The notes: generated by a model from the sequence alone, not told the origin. A DNA stretch of 64,000 nucleotides from Candidatus Nomurabacteria bacterium (GCA_016699085.1 CP064958.1:409375-473374), one strand, 5' to 3'. Shown: positions 1-9,634, counted from the first letter of the stretch. Made by a program: numbers and translations.

Positions 1-19
1 TCCTGATTTCTTTTCTAAA

Positions 20-820
20 TTGGAAACACAAAATGGTTTCGCATTAATTATGGAAACTTTTGATGGTTTTACTTTGCCGCATATGTTTGCCGGTTATTCA
101 GAAAAGGAACTTGCGGTTAAAAAAACAGCCCTTGCCTTGTTGAAAGATATTTTGGGTGGAATTGAAGCCTATCCCGATATTGAAATAATGGAACGGCAAT
201 TAAGGAATACCTATCCATACAACCGCATGGAAAATGTCCTTCCTACCCTTGGGGAACGCGTGAAAGTAATTTCCTGCGAAGAAATAAAAAAGATCATTGG
301 TACAATTGAGATAGCTGGTAATGAGCTCAATGACGCCCGTGAAGAAAATTCCGGGAACGATTTGATTGCAGAGGAATTAATTGAAAAAATCGCCGATCTT
401 GTCAACTCAGCAATTGATATCTTGAAGCGTACATTGCTTTCAGAAAAAAGTGTTAATGATCTCAAAGATAGGCTCTACCCTTGCCTGATTAGGGTGATTT
501 CACTTATGAAAGCCGGAGAGGAAGCACGTGCTTTTGATGTAGCCAAAGATATTACCGATTTGAAGAAAAAAGCTTTTGCAGAATTTACAGCAAAGGAAAA
601 ACTAAAAGATGAGGTAAAACCTGAAAACAAATCAGTACGCAGGAAAGTGGTGAAAAAAAATGCCGGTAATGGAATTGAAGAGTCAGCTTCTGAACAAATA
701 ACTCTGCCTACTGCTTTACAGGAGGAAGTATCCCCTAATACTAATGGTAGTGAAATTATAAATGAAGCAGAAAATAATTTGACGGAACCGGTAGTAAAAG
801 AAGAGGCAGTAACTGCTTAA
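20..820 (+). CDS. hypothetical protein (5' end possibly outside window; no in-frame stop upstream of position 20)
   Basis: 266-aa ORF, acidic/Lys-rich C-terminus, no recognisable motifs; followed by hairpin+T-run terminator. Confidence 0.4.
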   Translation: METQNGFALIMETFDGFTLPHMFAGYSEKELAVKKTALALLKDILGGIEAYPDIEIMERQLRNTYPYNRMENVLPTLGERVKVISCEEIKKIIGTIEIAGNELNDAREENSGNDLIAEELIEKIADLVNSAIDILKRTLLSEKSVNDLKDRLYPCLIRVISLMKAGEEARAFDVAKDITDLKKKAFAEFTAKEKLKDEVKPENKSVRRKVVKKNAGNGIEESASEQITLPTALQEEVSPNTNGSEIINEAENNLTEPVVKEEAVTA

Positions 821-839
821 TAAAAGCAATTGCAGCAAA

Positions 840-868
840 CCCAGGAAATTATCCTGGGTTTTTTATTT
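840..868 (+). terminator. rho-independent terminator (cccagga-aatta-tcctggg + T-run)
   Basis: 7-bp GC stem followed by ttttttatttt immediately after stop at 820. Confidence 0.6.
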
Positions 869-897
869 TGCCTGTATAGAGCTTACTGCTGTAGGAT

Positions 898-926
898 TTG
901 ACTTTGTACAGCAATTTGTTAGTATG
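898..926 (+). promoter_or_regulatory. putative sigma70-like promoter for ribosomal-protein block (TTGACT-N16-TAGTAT)
   Basis: TTGACT at 898-903, TAGTAT at 920-925, upstream of rpsS. Confidence 0.3.
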
Positions 927-962
927 GGAGAACTAGCTCAGAGGAGCTATTTTATTTCATAC

Positions 963-1313
963 ATGACACGATCCATCAAAAAAGGTCCTTACGTTGACCC
1001 AAAATTGCTCAAGAAAATCGAAGGTAAAGACCCCCTAAAGACTGGGGCTATTCGTACATGGTCACGAGCATCTCAAATCGCCCCTGAGATGGTAGGATTC
1101 ATGTTCGGAGTTCACAATGGCAAGACACACGTTGAAGTCTTGGTGACCGAAGACATGGTAGGACACCGATTGGGCGAATTTTCACTTACTCGTAAATTTA
1201 CTCGTCACGGCGGTAAGATGCAGAAAGAGCTTGAAGCTAAAGCAAAAGAATCTGAAATAGCACAAGCAAAGGCTGCTAAAGCTGCAACTGATACTAAGGC
1301 AACTAAGAAATAA
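963..1313 (+). CDS. rpsS: 30S ribosomal protein S19 with Lys/Ala-rich C-terminal tail
   Basis: [19 protein letters not shown]...[24 protein letters not shown]....MVGHRLGEF motif block; track ORF starts at 924 but the conserved N-terminus aligns to Met at 963; GAGGAG upstream. Confidence 0.9.
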   Translation: MTRSIKKGPYVDPKLLKKIEGKDPLKTGAIRTWSRASQIAPEMVGFMFGVHNGKTHVEVLVTEDMVGHRLGEFSLTRKFTRHGGKMQKELEAKAKESEIAQAKAAKAATDTKATKK

Positions 1314-1314
1314 T

Positions 1315-1689
1315 ATGAAAGCTTCTATTTCCAACTTACGCCAATCTCCACGCAAGGTCCGCCTTGTCGCAAGTCTTATCAAAGGCATGCCTGTTGCTAC
1401 GGCTGAACTTGAGCTTGCATTTCTCACTAAGCGTGCAGCATTGCCATTTATGACACTACTAAAATCAGCAGTAGCAAATGCAGTAACCGCTGGAGTTCCG
1501 AAGGAAACTCTTATGGTCAAAGAAGTGCGTGTTGACAAGGGGGTAACACTTAAACGTATGATGCCTCGTGCTCGAGGTAGTGCGTATCGTATCAACAAAC
1601 GCTCAAGTCATATTTTGATGACATTAGCTCAAAAAGTCGAAAAGGTAAAACCAGCAAAGAAAGCTGTTACTAAAAAAGTTTCTAAATAA
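1315..1689 (+). CDS. rplV: 50S ribosomal protein L22
   Basis: RQSPRKVRLVASLIKG motif; position after S19. Confidence 0.9.
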   Translation: MKASISNLRQSPRKVRLVASLIKGMPVATAELELAFLTKRAALPFMTLLKSAVANAVTAGVPKETLMVKEVRVDKGVTLKRMMPRARGSAYRINKRSSHILMTLAQKVEKVKPAKKAVTKKVSK

Positions 1690-1694
1690 TTTGT

Positions 1695-2390
1695 ATGTCA
1701 AAAATCGTCCATCCATATGCCCATAGGTTAGTCATTCTCCGAGATTGGAAGTCTCGTTGGTTTGCTACCGACCAAAAGTACAAAGACTTTTTGCGTGCTG
1801 ATGTTTTGATAAGAGAATTTCTTGAAAAGCGACTTCGTGGTTCATACGTTTCTTCAATCGAAGTAGAACGCAATCAAAAAATGTTCCGGATGATTATCCG
1901 AACATCTCGTCCAGGCATGATCATTGGTCGCTCAGGTGAAGGCTCAATCAAGCTTAAGGCTGATATTTTGAAAGAACTCAAGAAAAAGGGGATTGCAGTT
2001 CCATCTGAACTTCGTCTTGATATTGTTGAAATCCAAAATCCAGAAGCAGATGCAGGTATCGTTGCATATATGATTGCAGAAGGTCTTGAGAAACGATTGA
2101 CGTATCGTCGAGTGCTCAAGCAGACGATTGAAAAAGTCATGGCCGTCCGTGGTGTTCTCGGAGCACGTATCGTTTTGGGTGGACGACTCGGAGGTGCTGA
2201 AATCGCTCGAAGTGAAGAAATCAAACGTGGCTCGATTCCACTACAGACATTTAGAGCTGATATCGATTTTGCTCGGGAGAAAGCGCATTTGCCATACGGA
2301 GATGTTGGTATTAAAGTTTGGATTTACCGTGGAGAAATCTTTGCTGATAAGCGTGCTGCCCCAGGTGGAACAACTAAAAACTTTTCATAA
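1695..2390 (+). CDS. rpsC: 30S ribosomal protein S3
   Basis: KH domain motifs IIGRSGEGSIKLK, GRLGGAEIAR; operon position. Confidence 0.9.
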   Translation: MSKIVHPYAHRLVILRDWKSRWFATDQKYKDFLRADVLIREFLEKRLRGSYVSSIEVERNQKMFRMIIRTSRPGMIIGRSGEGSIKLKADILKELKKKGIAVPSELRLDIVEIQNPEADAGIVAYMIAEGLEKRLTYRRVLKQTIEKVMAVRGVLGARIVLGGRLGGAEIARSEEIKRGSIPLQTFRADIDFAREKAHLPYGDVGIKVWIYRGEIFADKRAAPGGTTKNFS

Positions 2391-2403
2391 TAATTAAACT
2401 CCT

Positions 2404-2820
2404 ATGTTACTACCAAAGAAAGTTAAATATAGAAAGTGGCAGCGCGCGAGAAAGGATATGGATTCTCTGACGCCTGATACCCGGGGTATTACGCTCTCGT
2501 TCGGCTCGTTTGGGCTCAAGGCGCTTGCTGCTGCTCAGATCAAATCAAACCAGCTTGAATCTGCTAGAAAAGCTATGACAAGGGCTCTTGGTAAGGGTGG
2601 ACGAGTGTGGATCCGAATCTTTCCGGACCGACCGATTACAGCCAAGCCTGCTGAAGTAGGTATGGGTAAAGGCAAAGGGGATTTACAGGGATATTGTTTC
2701 GAAGTTCGCCCAGGAAGAATTATTTTCGAAATCGATGGTGTTGATGCAGTTGTTGCCAAAGAGGCCCTCCGTAAGGCTGGGACCAAGCTACCAGTAAAGA
2801 CAAAAGTTATTGCTCGCTAG
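2404..2820 (+). CDS. rplP: 50S ribosomal protein L16
   Basis: MLLPKKVKYRK...RGITLSFGSFGLKAL... typical L16. Confidence 0.9.
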   Translation: MLLPKKVKYRKWQRARKDMDSLTPDTRGITLSFGSFGLKALAAAQIKSNQLESARKAMTRALGKGGRVWIRIFPDRPITAKPAEVGMGKGKGDLQGYCFEVRPGRIIFEIDGVDAVVAKEALRKAGTKLPVKTKVIAR

Positions 2821-2864
2821 TCTCAAGCTCGACAAACATCAAAAAATAAGTATAGTGATTGAAC

Positions 2865-3047
2865 ATGAAAGACATACATCAAATGACAACTGACGCATTG
2901 GCAACCAAGCTAGAAGCTACTCGAGAGAGTTTGCGGTCATTTCGATTTACACTTTCTGGTGCTAAGACAAAGAATATCCGTGAAGGCAAAGCACACAAAA
3001 AGGCAGTTGCTCAGCTATTAACTGAACTTCGAATGCGTACAAAATAA
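2865..3047 (+). CDS. rpmC: 50S ribosomal protein L29 (track ORF starts at 2859; MKDIHQ start more likely)
   Basis: 60-aa basic helical protein between L16 and S17. Confidence 0.8.
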   Translation: MKDIHQMTTDALATKLEATRESLRSFRFTLSGAKTKNIREGKAHKKAVAQLLTELRMRTK

Positions 3048-3051
3048 TCCT

Positions 3052-3297
3052 ATGGAAACCAAAACACCAAAAATTAAAAAGACATTGCAAGGGGTTGTAA
3101 CTTCAAACAGCATGGATAAGACTGTTGTTGTACTTGTGAACCGTTTCGAGAAGCACCCAAAGTATCAGAAATACGTCAAGATGTCTAAGAAATATAAGGC
3201 ACATGTTGATGGTGAAAAAATCCCAGTTGGCACGAAAGTCATGATTGAAGAATGTCGCCCACTATCAAAAGATAAGCATTTTATCGTTGTTAAATAA
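3052..3297 (+). CDS. rpsQ: 30S ribosomal protein S17
   Basis: KTLQGVVTSNSMDKTVVVLV...HDE motif family; operon order. Confidence 0.9.
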   Translation: METKTPKIKKTLQGVVTSNSMDKTVVVLVNRFEKHPKYQKYVKMSKKYKAHVDGEKIPVGTKVMIEECRPLSKDKHFIVVK

Positions 3298-3302
3298 ATT
3301 TT

Positions 3303-3680
3303 ATGGTACAAGACGGCTCAATGGTAAAAATCACAGACAATGCAGGAGGCACACTCGGCAAAGTTTTCAAAGTGCTTGGCAGTTCTAAACGCCGTTATGC
3401 TGGTATAGGCGACGTCGTCGTTATTTCAGTCAAGATTGCCCAACCTCGCAAAGGTGTCAAGAAAAAGGATGTGCATCACGCTGTTGTCGTACGTACAACA
3501 AATGCGTTTCGCCGAAAAGATGGTTCGTATATTCGATTTGATGACAATGCAGTTGTGATTATCGGAAAAAACAAGCAGCGTTATGAACCTATCGCAGGAC
3601 GTGTTTTCGGACCGATTCCGCGAGAGCTTGGTGAGCGAGGTTACCAAAAGATTATTTCACTAGCACCAGAAGTTATATAA
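3303..3680 (+). CDS. rplN: 50S ribosomal protein L14
   Basis: KITDNAGG...GDVVVISVK...AVVVRT motifs. Confidence 0.9.
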   Translation: MVQDGSMVKITDNAGGTLGKVFKVLGSSKRRYAGIGDVVVISVKIAQPRKGVKKKDVHHAVVVRTTNAFRRKDGSYIRFDDNAVVIIGKNKQRYEPIAGRVFGPIPRELGERGYQKIISLAPEVI

Positions 3681-3684
3681 CTAT

Positions 3685-3942
3685 ATGCACGTCAAAAAAG
3701 GAGACAATGTCATAGTGTTAACCGGCAAAGATAAAGGCAAGCGCGGCCAAGTGGTAAAAGCTATGCCCCAAAAGAACATGGTGATCATTGAAGGCATCAA
3801 TATGAAGAAAAAGCACAAGAAGCCAACTCGAACAACAAAAGGGCAGACTATTGAACTCGCATTCCCACTTCATATTTCGAATGTGAAACTTGCCAGTGAG
3901 AAAGCCCCGAAGAAGCAAAAAGCAGCTAAAAAGAAAGCATAA
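3685..3942 (+). CDS. rplX: 50S ribosomal protein L24 (Lys-rich C-tail)
   Basis: KKGDNVIVLTGKDKGKRG KOW motif. Confidence 0.9.
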   Translation: MHVKKGDNVIVLTGKDKGKRGQVVKAMPQKNMVIIEGINMKKKHKKPTRTTKGQTIELAFPLHISNVKLASEKAPKKQKAAKKKA

Positions 3943-3947
3943 ATACT

Positions 3948-4487
3948 ATGGAAACTGTCAAACAAAAAACTGAAAAAGCATACGATGTCATGAAGAAGCA
4001 ATTTGGCTACACTAATGTCATGTCATCTCCTAAGGTTACAAAGATTATCATTGCTTCAGGTACAGGTAGTGGTATCAAGCGCGATAAGAATCGCAATACC
4101 TTTATCATGGAGCGAATCGGCAAAATCTCAGGACAAAAACCTTCAACAAAGCAGGCAAAGAAATCCGTTGCAAGCTTCAAGGTTCGCCAAGGTGATCCTA
4201 TTGGCGTGATGGTGACACTTCGTGGTACTCGAATGCAGGCATTTCTCGATAAGCTTATCAATGTTGCATTGCCTCGAACCAAGGACTTTCGTGGTATTGA
4301 TCAGAAAATTGTTGATTCAATCGGTAACCTCACTATGCCTATCAAAGAACATACTATTTTCCCAGAGACAGCAGACGAAGAGCTCAAGGATGTCTTCGGT
4401 CTTGCGATTACGATCGTAACGACAGCTAAATCTCGCGACGAGGCATTAGAATTTTTCAAACACATCGGCATACCATTTAAAAAATAA
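3948..4487 (+). CDS. rplE: 50S ribosomal protein L5
   Basis: typical L5 sequence, operon order. Confidence 0.9.
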   Translation: METVKQKTEKAYDVMKKQFGYTNVMSSPKVTKIIIASGTGSGIKRDKNRNTFIMERIGKISGQKPSTKQAKKSVASFKVRQGDPIGVMVTLRGTRMQAFLDKLINVALPRTKDFRGIDQKIVDSIGNLTMPIKEHTIFPETADEELKDVFGLAITIVTTAKSRDEALEFFKHIGIPFKK

Positions 4488-4495
4488 AAGCAATA

Positions 4496-4527
4496 AAAAA
4501 ATCTTCACGAGTGAAGATTTTTTTATT
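4496..4527 (+). terminator. rho-independent terminator after rplE (atcttcac-ga-gtgaagat + TTTTTTT)
   Basis: 8-bp stem, 2-nt loop, 7-T run; preceded by A-run. Confidence 0.7.
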
Positions 4528-4554
4528 GCATAATGTTGGATTCCTCTATACAAT
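4526..4554 (+). promoter_or_regulatory. near-consensus sigma70 promoter TTGCAT-N17-TACAAT
   Basis: TTGCAT 4526-4531, TACAAT 4549-4554; ATG of small ORF at 4561 roughly 7 nt downstream (possible leaderless start). Confidence 0.4.
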
Positions 4555-4560
4555 GTACCT

Positions 4561-4725
4561 ATGGAAAAATTTAGTTTCGAAAAGAAAAATACTATTGACG
4601 TACATTCAGAGCAAACCCAGGTAGAATCTTGGCTTGCAAACGGTGAAATCTCCCCAGAATCTTACGCTCCACTTGCGCGTCTCTATAAGCTCCGTCAAGA
4701 TGTTTCATTGTTGCCCCGAGAATAA
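4561..4725 (+). CDS. small ORF (54 aa), hypothetical
   Basis: ATG...TAA read manually (below the 60-aa track threshold); sits between rplE terminator and rpsZ. Confidence 0.2.
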   Translation: MEKFSFEKKNTIDVHSEQTQVESWLANGEISPESYAPLARLYKLRQDVSLLPRE

Positions 4726-4729
4726 TATT

Positions 4730-4960
4730 ATGACATTCGATGATTACATTAATGAGATAAAAGCGAGTCCTGATTTGGCTGAAGGTGACAAAGCCAAGGC
4801 TATTGCACTATTGACGTCGCGTGCGGTGACGCCTTCGATGCTCGATGAAGTGCAGGCTATTATCGATGCAGCATACGACAAGGAGTATGCCAAAGTTACT
4901 GCCCAAAGAAATGCGAGCTTACGCCACCCTCCTGAATCAGATCAGCCTATTGCGGCTTAA
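4730..4960 (+). CDS. small ORF (76 aa), hypothetical; internal Met of track ORF 4634..4960
   Basis: MTFDDYINEIK... helical/acidic; no known motif. Confidence 0.25.
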   Translation: MTFDDYINEIKASPDLAEGDKAKAIALLTSRAVTPSMLDEVQAIIDAAYDKEYAKVTAQRNASLRHPPESDQPIAA

Positions 4961-5122
4961 ATGCTACATTGACAACGAAACCTTATTTTGCTATTGTGTC
5001 CTTAGGTTCATACGGACCTTTTTTATTTGGTTAATCCGTTTTACTCCTTGAGCAAGCACTACATACGTGCCAATTCAAGAAATAACACGTGACATTGCCA
5101 GAGAGAAATAAGCAATTTATTT

Positions 5123-5308
5123 ATGGCAAAAAAATCAACCGTTGCACGGTCATTACGAAAACCAAAATTTAGCACCCGCAAAGTTAATCGGTGTTTTCGC
5201 TGTGGTCGCACGAGAGGTTTTATGGGGGATTTCGGACTTTGCCGTATTTGCTTTCGTGAGCTTGCCAATGAAGGCAAGATTCCTGGTATCCGCAAATCAT
5301 CTTGGTAA
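5123..5308 (+). CDS. rpsZ: 30S ribosomal protein S14 type Z (zinc-binding, 61 aa)
   Basis: [10 protein letters not shown]...CRICFRELA Cys4 motif, [14 protein letters not shown]. Confidence 0.9.
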   Translation: MAKKSTVARSLRKPKFSTRKVNRCFRCGRTRGFMGDFGLCRICFRELANEGKIPGIRKSSW

Positions 5309-5333
5309 TATTATTTTCGACTAACACTATTTT

Positions 5334-5720
5334 ATGGACCCTATTGCAGACATGCTCATAAAAATCAAGAACGCTAGTATTGCTTCGCATGAAGTGGTAC
5401 TTACGCCTGCATCAAACATGAAGCGCTCGCTTTTGGAATGTCTAAAGCGTGCAGGTTATGTTGCAGGGTTTACAGAGAAAACACTTAAGAATCATCCAAT
5501 ATTTGAAATCGAACTCCTCTACAAAGATGGCAAGCCTCGCATCACTGATGTTGTTCGCGTGTCCAAGCCATCACGCCGAATGTATATGCAAGTCAAAGAA
5601 ATGAAGCCTGTCAAAAATGGTCACGGTATTCTTATCGTCTCAACATCAAAAGGCATCCTTTCTAACAGTGAGGCGCGCAAAGAATTAGTTGGCGGCGAAG
5701 CAATATGTAAAATTTGGTAA
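5334..5720 (+). CDS. rpsH: 30S ribosomal protein S8
   Basis: MDPIADMLIKIKNA typical S8 N-terminus. Confidence 0.9.
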   Translation: MDPIADMLIKIKNASIASHEVVLTPASNMKRSLLECLKRAGYVAGFTEKTLKNHPIFEIELLYKDGKPRITDVVRVSKPSRRMYMQVKEMKPVKNGHGILIVSTSKGILSNSEARKELVGGEAICKIW

Positions 5721-5736
5721 TACTTATACAACCTAT

Positions 5737-6270
5737 ATGTCACGAATAGCCAAAAAACCAATAGCAATTCCTCCAGACATCACCATCAAAGTTGATGGCA
5801 GTGTTATTACTGTAACCGGTCCGAAAGGCACTCTAACAAGAACATTTTTACCAACTATTGCTATTACAGTAGAATCAAATGAGCTCATCTTAGTGCCTCA
5901 AAATGATGCTCCAGCTACACGTGCACTTTGGGGGACATATGCATCACATTTGAAAAATATGATTACAGGGGTGACGACACCATTTTCCAAGAAACTTATT
6001 TTAGAAGGCGTTGGCTACAAATCAGAAGTCTCTGGTAAAAATCTTGTCCTAGCGCTGGGCTTCTCACATCCAGTTTCAATGCCAATACCAGAAGGTCTTA
6101 CGGTTACTGCTGAGAAAAACCAGATCACTGTTACAGGCATTGATACTGAATCCGTTGGACAGTTTACAGCCACAATACGTTCACTGAAGAAACCAGAACC
6201 ATATAAAGGAAAAGGATTTCGATATGATGGAGAAGTTATTCGTCGTAAGCAAGGTAAGAAAGCAGCATAG
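5737..6270 (+). CDS. rplF: 50S ribosomal protein L6 (start at MSRIAKKPI, internal to track ORF 5689)
   Basis: SRIAKKPIAIP...VTVTGPKGTL typical L6. Confidence 0.9.
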   Translation: MSRIAKKPIAIPPDITIKVDGSVITVTGPKGTLTRTFLPTIAITVESNELILVPQNDAPATRALWGTYASHLKNMITGVTTPFSKKLILEGVGYKSEVSGKNLVLALGFSHPVSMPIPEGLTVTAEKNQITVTGIDTESVGQFTATIRSLKKPEPYKGKGFRYDGEVIRRKQGKKAA

Positions 6271-6279
6271 TACATTTGT

Positions 6280-6630
6280 ATGAAAATGAAAAACAAAAAA
6301 ACTGAAAAGCGATTGCGCATCAAGCGAAAAATCAAGATGAAAATATCAGGTACTTCAGAGCGTCCACGACTTACAGTATTTCGATCAAATAAATTTATCT
6401 ATGCTCAGCTTATTGATGATGTCAAAATGGTAACACTTGCGCAGGCTTCTGATAGTAAGATTACAAAAGGTACAAAAAATGAGCGTGCAAAAGAAATCGG
6501 CAAAGCAATCGCCAAGGCTGGTATCGACAAAGGGATCACAAACGTTGTGTTTGACCGCAATGGATTCAAGTATACTGGTAGAGTAAAATTATTGGCTGAT
6601 GAAGCACGCAGTGGCGGACTATTATTTTAA
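6280..6630 (+). CDS. rplR: 50S ribosomal protein L18
   Basis: basic N-term [29 protein letters not shown]-term GGLLF. Confidence 0.85.
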   Translation: MKMKNKKTEKRLRIKRKIKMKISGTSERPRLTVFRSNKFIYAQLIDDVKMVTLAQASDSKITKGTKNERAKEIGKAIAKAGIDKGITNVVFDRNGFKYTGRVKLLADEARSGGLLF

Positions 6631-6638
6631 CTATTATT

Positions 6639-7253
6639 ATGGAACCAGAACAAGCAACAACTAAAATACCAGAGAATGCACCAGCTGAGGCACCTGCGTT
6701 TGATCGTCCACGACGAGGTACTCGCGGTGGTGGAGGTAGTGGTCGGGGAGGTCGCGGTGGATCTTTTGCAAGACCAAAGCCTGAATTTGACCAGAAGATA
6801 GTTTCAATCCGACGTGTAACTCGTGTTGTTTCCGGTGGTCGCCGTATGAGTTTCTCAGTTGCTATGATTATAGGAGACAAAAAGGGTTCAGTAGGATTTG
6901 GTACTGGCAAGGCATCAGATACAGCGCTCGCTATCGCCAAAGCTCTCAAGCATGCTCGAAAAAACATGATTACAGTCTCGATGACAAAGACTGGATCAAT
7001 CCCGTATGACATATCTGCCAAATTCGCAAGCTCACGTGTTATGTTGATGCCAAACCGTGGCAAGGGAATCGTAGCCGGCAGTACTGTTCGTGATATCGTT
7101 ATCCTCCTTGGTCTTAAAGACGTCACAACCAAGATTTATTCACGAAGTAAAAATGGTCTCAATAATGCACAAGCAACAATCAAAGCATTAAGTAGTATTG
7201 CCAAGAAGCGACGTGTATCTGTTGTTGAAGAGGCTCAAGCATTCACTCAATAA
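6639..7253 (+). CDS. rpsE: 30S ribosomal protein S5 with Gly/Arg-rich N-terminal extension
   Basis: VVSGGRRMSFSVAMIIGDKKGSVGFGTGKA...; RRGTRGGGGSGRGGRGG extension. Confidence 0.9.
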   Translation: MEPEQATTKIPENAPAEAPAFDRPRRGTRGGGGSGRGGRGGSFARPKPEFDQKIVSIRRVTRVVSGGRRMSFSVAMIIGDKKGSVGFGTGKASDTALAIAKALKHARKNMITVSMTKTGSIPYDISAKFASSRVMLMPNRGKGIVAGSTVRDIVILLGLKDVTTKIYSRSKNGLNNAQATIKALSSIAKKRRVSVVEEAQAFTQ

Positions 7254-7259
7254 AATTAT

Positions 7260-7700
7260 ATGCAATTCCATACACTACAACGCAAAAATAAAAATCCAAA
7301 AAAGATTACTGTCGGCCGAGGCGGTCGTCGCGGTAAAACTTCTGGGAGAGGAACCAAAGGTCAGAAAGCTCGTGCGGGGCACAAGATTCGCCCAATGATT
7401 CGTGATATCATAAAGAAGCTTCCAAAGCGACGTGGTCGCGGTAAGAATAGTTTCAAAAGTTTTGCGTATAAGCCAAAAACAGTCAATCTTGCAGTGCTTG
7501 AAAAGCATTTCACAACTGGCGAAGTGGTGACACCAAGCAGTTTGCTTGCTAAGGGTCTCATTACAAGGACCAAGGGTGTTACTCCTCGTGTAAAAATATT
7601 AAGTGATGGTGAACTTACTAAGAAGCTTACAATCAAGGATTGTCTCGTTTCAGTAGTGACTCGAGAAAAGCTTACCACCGGAGGTAGTACTATTTTATAA
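7260..7700 (+). CDS. rplO: 50S ribosomal protein L15 (directly follows S5; no L30 gene)
   Basis: GRGGRRGKTSGRGTKGQKARAG motif. Confidence 0.9.
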   Translation: MQFHTLQRKNKNPKKITVGRGGRRGKTSGRGTKGQKARAGHKIRPMIRDIIKKLPKRRGRGKNSFKSFAYKPKTVNLAVLEKHFTTGEVVTPSSLLAKGLITRTKGVTPRVKILSDGELTKKLTIKDCLVSVVTREKLTTGGSTIL

Positions 7701-7705
7701 AACAA

Positions 7706-8977
7706 ATGGAAAAGCTAAAAAATAAGATAAAAATTATTCTTCATGACAAACGGCTCTTGAAGCGAATCGGTTTTGTCATTTTAATGTTAGCAGCATTTAG
7801 ATTGCTTGCGGCAATTCCAATTCCTGGCATTGATGCGGCACGACTTGCACAATTCCTCTCAACAAATCAATTTTTCGGCATTCTCAATATTTTTTCTGGC
7901 GGTGGACTTTCAAATCTGTCTATCATCATGCTTGGGGTAGGACCTTTCATTACGGCATCTATCATCATGCAGCTTTTGACACTCATGGTTCCAAGGCTCA
8001 AGTCACTCTATCAAGAAGAAGGCGAAGCTGGTCGCAAGCGCTTTACGCAGTATTCAAGGCTTTTGACGGTACCGCTTGCAGCACTCCAGGGCTTTACACT
8101 CCTTATTGTTCTTAACCGCCAAGGTATTATTGAATCATTTACACCGTTTGCAATTGCAGTTAACTTGATCGTCATTATTGCCGGATCGATACTTCTTATG
8201 TGGATCGGCGAGCTTATTTCAGAATATGGCATCGGTAATGGTGTCTCACTCATTATTTTTGCAGGTATTGTATCCCAAATGCCACGGGAAATTAGCCAAT
8301 TGATTTTTAGTTACGACCCATCGCAAATTCCAATCTACATATTATTTGCTGTAGTCGCGTTTGTTATGATTGCCGGTGTCGTTATGGTCACCGAAGCAGA
8401 ACGACCGATTCCAGTCACTTATGCTAAACAAGTACGAGGCTCACGAGTATCAGGTGGCACATCGACGTATATTCCACTTCGTATCAACCAAGCTGGTGTT
8501 ATTCCGATCATCTTTGCATTAGCCATATTGCTTTTCCCACAGCTGTTAGGGAACTTACTAGCAACCTCTACGAACGGATTCCTTCACCAAGCATCAACCG
8601 TACTGTTATCATTTACTCAAGGTTCAGTCGCATACGGTATCGCATACTTCGTTTTGGTTTTCCTCTTTACGTACTTCTACACTGCGGTGACCTTTGATCC
8701 ACATACGATGGCAGAAAATTTGCAGAAAGGTGGCGCATTTATTCCAGGTATTCGTCCAGGTCAAGCAACGGAAGAATACGTTGGAACGATTGTGACGCGT
8801 ATTACGCTCCTAGGTGCACTATTCTTAGGCTTTGTGGCAGTGTTGCCGCTTATCATGCAAGCTATTAGTGGTATTACAACGATCGCTATCGGTGGTACTG
8901 CACTCCTTATCGTTGTCTCAGTTATCATCGATCTCTTGAAAAAAATTGATGCCCAGGTGTCAATGAGGGAATACTAA
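7706..8977 (+). CDS. secY: preprotein translocase SecY
   Basis: 10-TM protein, position after L15. Confidence 0.9.
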   Translation: MEKLKNKIKIILHDKRLLKRIGFVILMLAAFRLLAAIPIPGIDAARLAQFLSTNQFFGILNIFSGGGLSNLSIIMLGVGPFITASIIMQLLTLMVPRLKSLYQEEGEAGRKRFTQYSRLLTVPLAALQGFTLLIVLNRQGIIESFTPFAIAVNLIVIIAGSILLMWIGELISEYGIGNGVSLIIFAGIVSQMPREISQLIFSYDPSQIPIYILFAVVAFVMIAGVVMVTEAERPIPVTYAKQVRGSRVSGGTSTYIPLRINQAGVIPIIFALAILLFPQLLGNLLATSTNGFLHQASTVLLSFTQGSVAYGIAYFVLVFLFTYFYTAVTFDPHTMAENLQKGGAFIPGIRPGQATEEYVGTIVTRITLLGALFLGFVAVLPLIMQAISGITTIAIGGTALLIVVSVIIDLLKKIDAQVSMREY

Positions 8978-9018
8978 AAATAGCGAGTATGGCACCATAC
9001 TCGCTATTTTGTTGTTTT
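8978..9018 (+). terminator. hairpin (atagcgagtat-ggcacc-atactcgctat) + T-rich tail after secY
   Basis: 11-bp stem followed by tttgttgtttt. Confidence 0.55.
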
Positions 9019-9034
9019 CATTTATACTACAAAT

Positions 9035-9634
9035 ATGCATCCAGAAACCTTTATCTTCATTGGCCGGTCAGGCTGTGGGAAGGGTACCCAAGCCAAGTTA
9101 TTGATAGATATACTCAAAGCTCGCGATCATGATCGTGATGTTTTCTATTTGGAAACCGGTGCGCAATTTCGCGAATTAATAAAAAAGCCGACGTTCACTA
9201 GTTCACTGGCGTATGATATTTATAAGTCTGGTGAATTACAACCATCATTTCTCGCTATTCATGTATGGTCACATGAATTTATCGCCGGCTTAAATGGCAG
9301 ACAGCATATGGTGCTCGATGGCACACCAAGAGGTCTAGGGGAAGCAATGATTCTCGATGGAGCGCTTCGCTTCTATCAGCGAGTAAAGCCAACTATAGTG
9401 TATATGAATGTAAGCAATGCATGGTCCCAAGAGAGATTACGAGACCGCAAGCGTTCGGATGATCGCAGTCAAGATGAGGTAACCAAGCGTCTGGCTTGGT
9501 TTGATAAAGATGTAATGCCTGCAGTTGAGTATTTCCGTAATGAGCCGTGGTATAACTTCATTGAAGTAAATGGTGAACAATCTATAGAAGTAGTTTGGGC
9601 AGAGCTTCAGGAGAAAATAAATTTTTCTAAATAA
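9035..9634 (+). CDS. adk: adenylate kinase
   Basis: P-loop GRSGCGKGTQA, LID/NMP-binding regions; position after secY. Confidence 0.85.
   Translation: MHPETFIFIGRSGCGKGTQAKLLIDILKARDHDRDVFYLETGAQFRELIKKPTFTSSLAYDIYKSGELQPSFLAIHVWSHEFIAGLNGRQHMVLDGTPRGLGEAMILDGALRFYQRVKPTIVYMNVSNAWSQERLRDRKRSDDRSQDEVTKRLAWFDKDVMPAVEYFRNEPWYNFIEVNGEQSIEVVWAELQEKINFSK

Noticed and set aside
211-465. Antisense/overlapping track ORFs inside confidently assigned genes (e.g. 211-465, 1182-1598, 1874-2224, 6566-7132, 25132-25728, 29663-30496, 33106-33540, 41840-42376, 62848-63282)
   Set aside because: They lie opposite or out of frame within conserved ribosomal, FtsH, RecG, kinase or IMPDH coding sequence, have low-complexity composition and no start context. 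Treated as spurious.
924-962. Longer S19 start at 924 ([13 protein letters not shown]...)
   Set aside because: The extra 13 residues have no counterpart in S19 proteins. The conserved N-terminus MTRSIKKGP begins at 963 and GAGGAG lies upstream of it.
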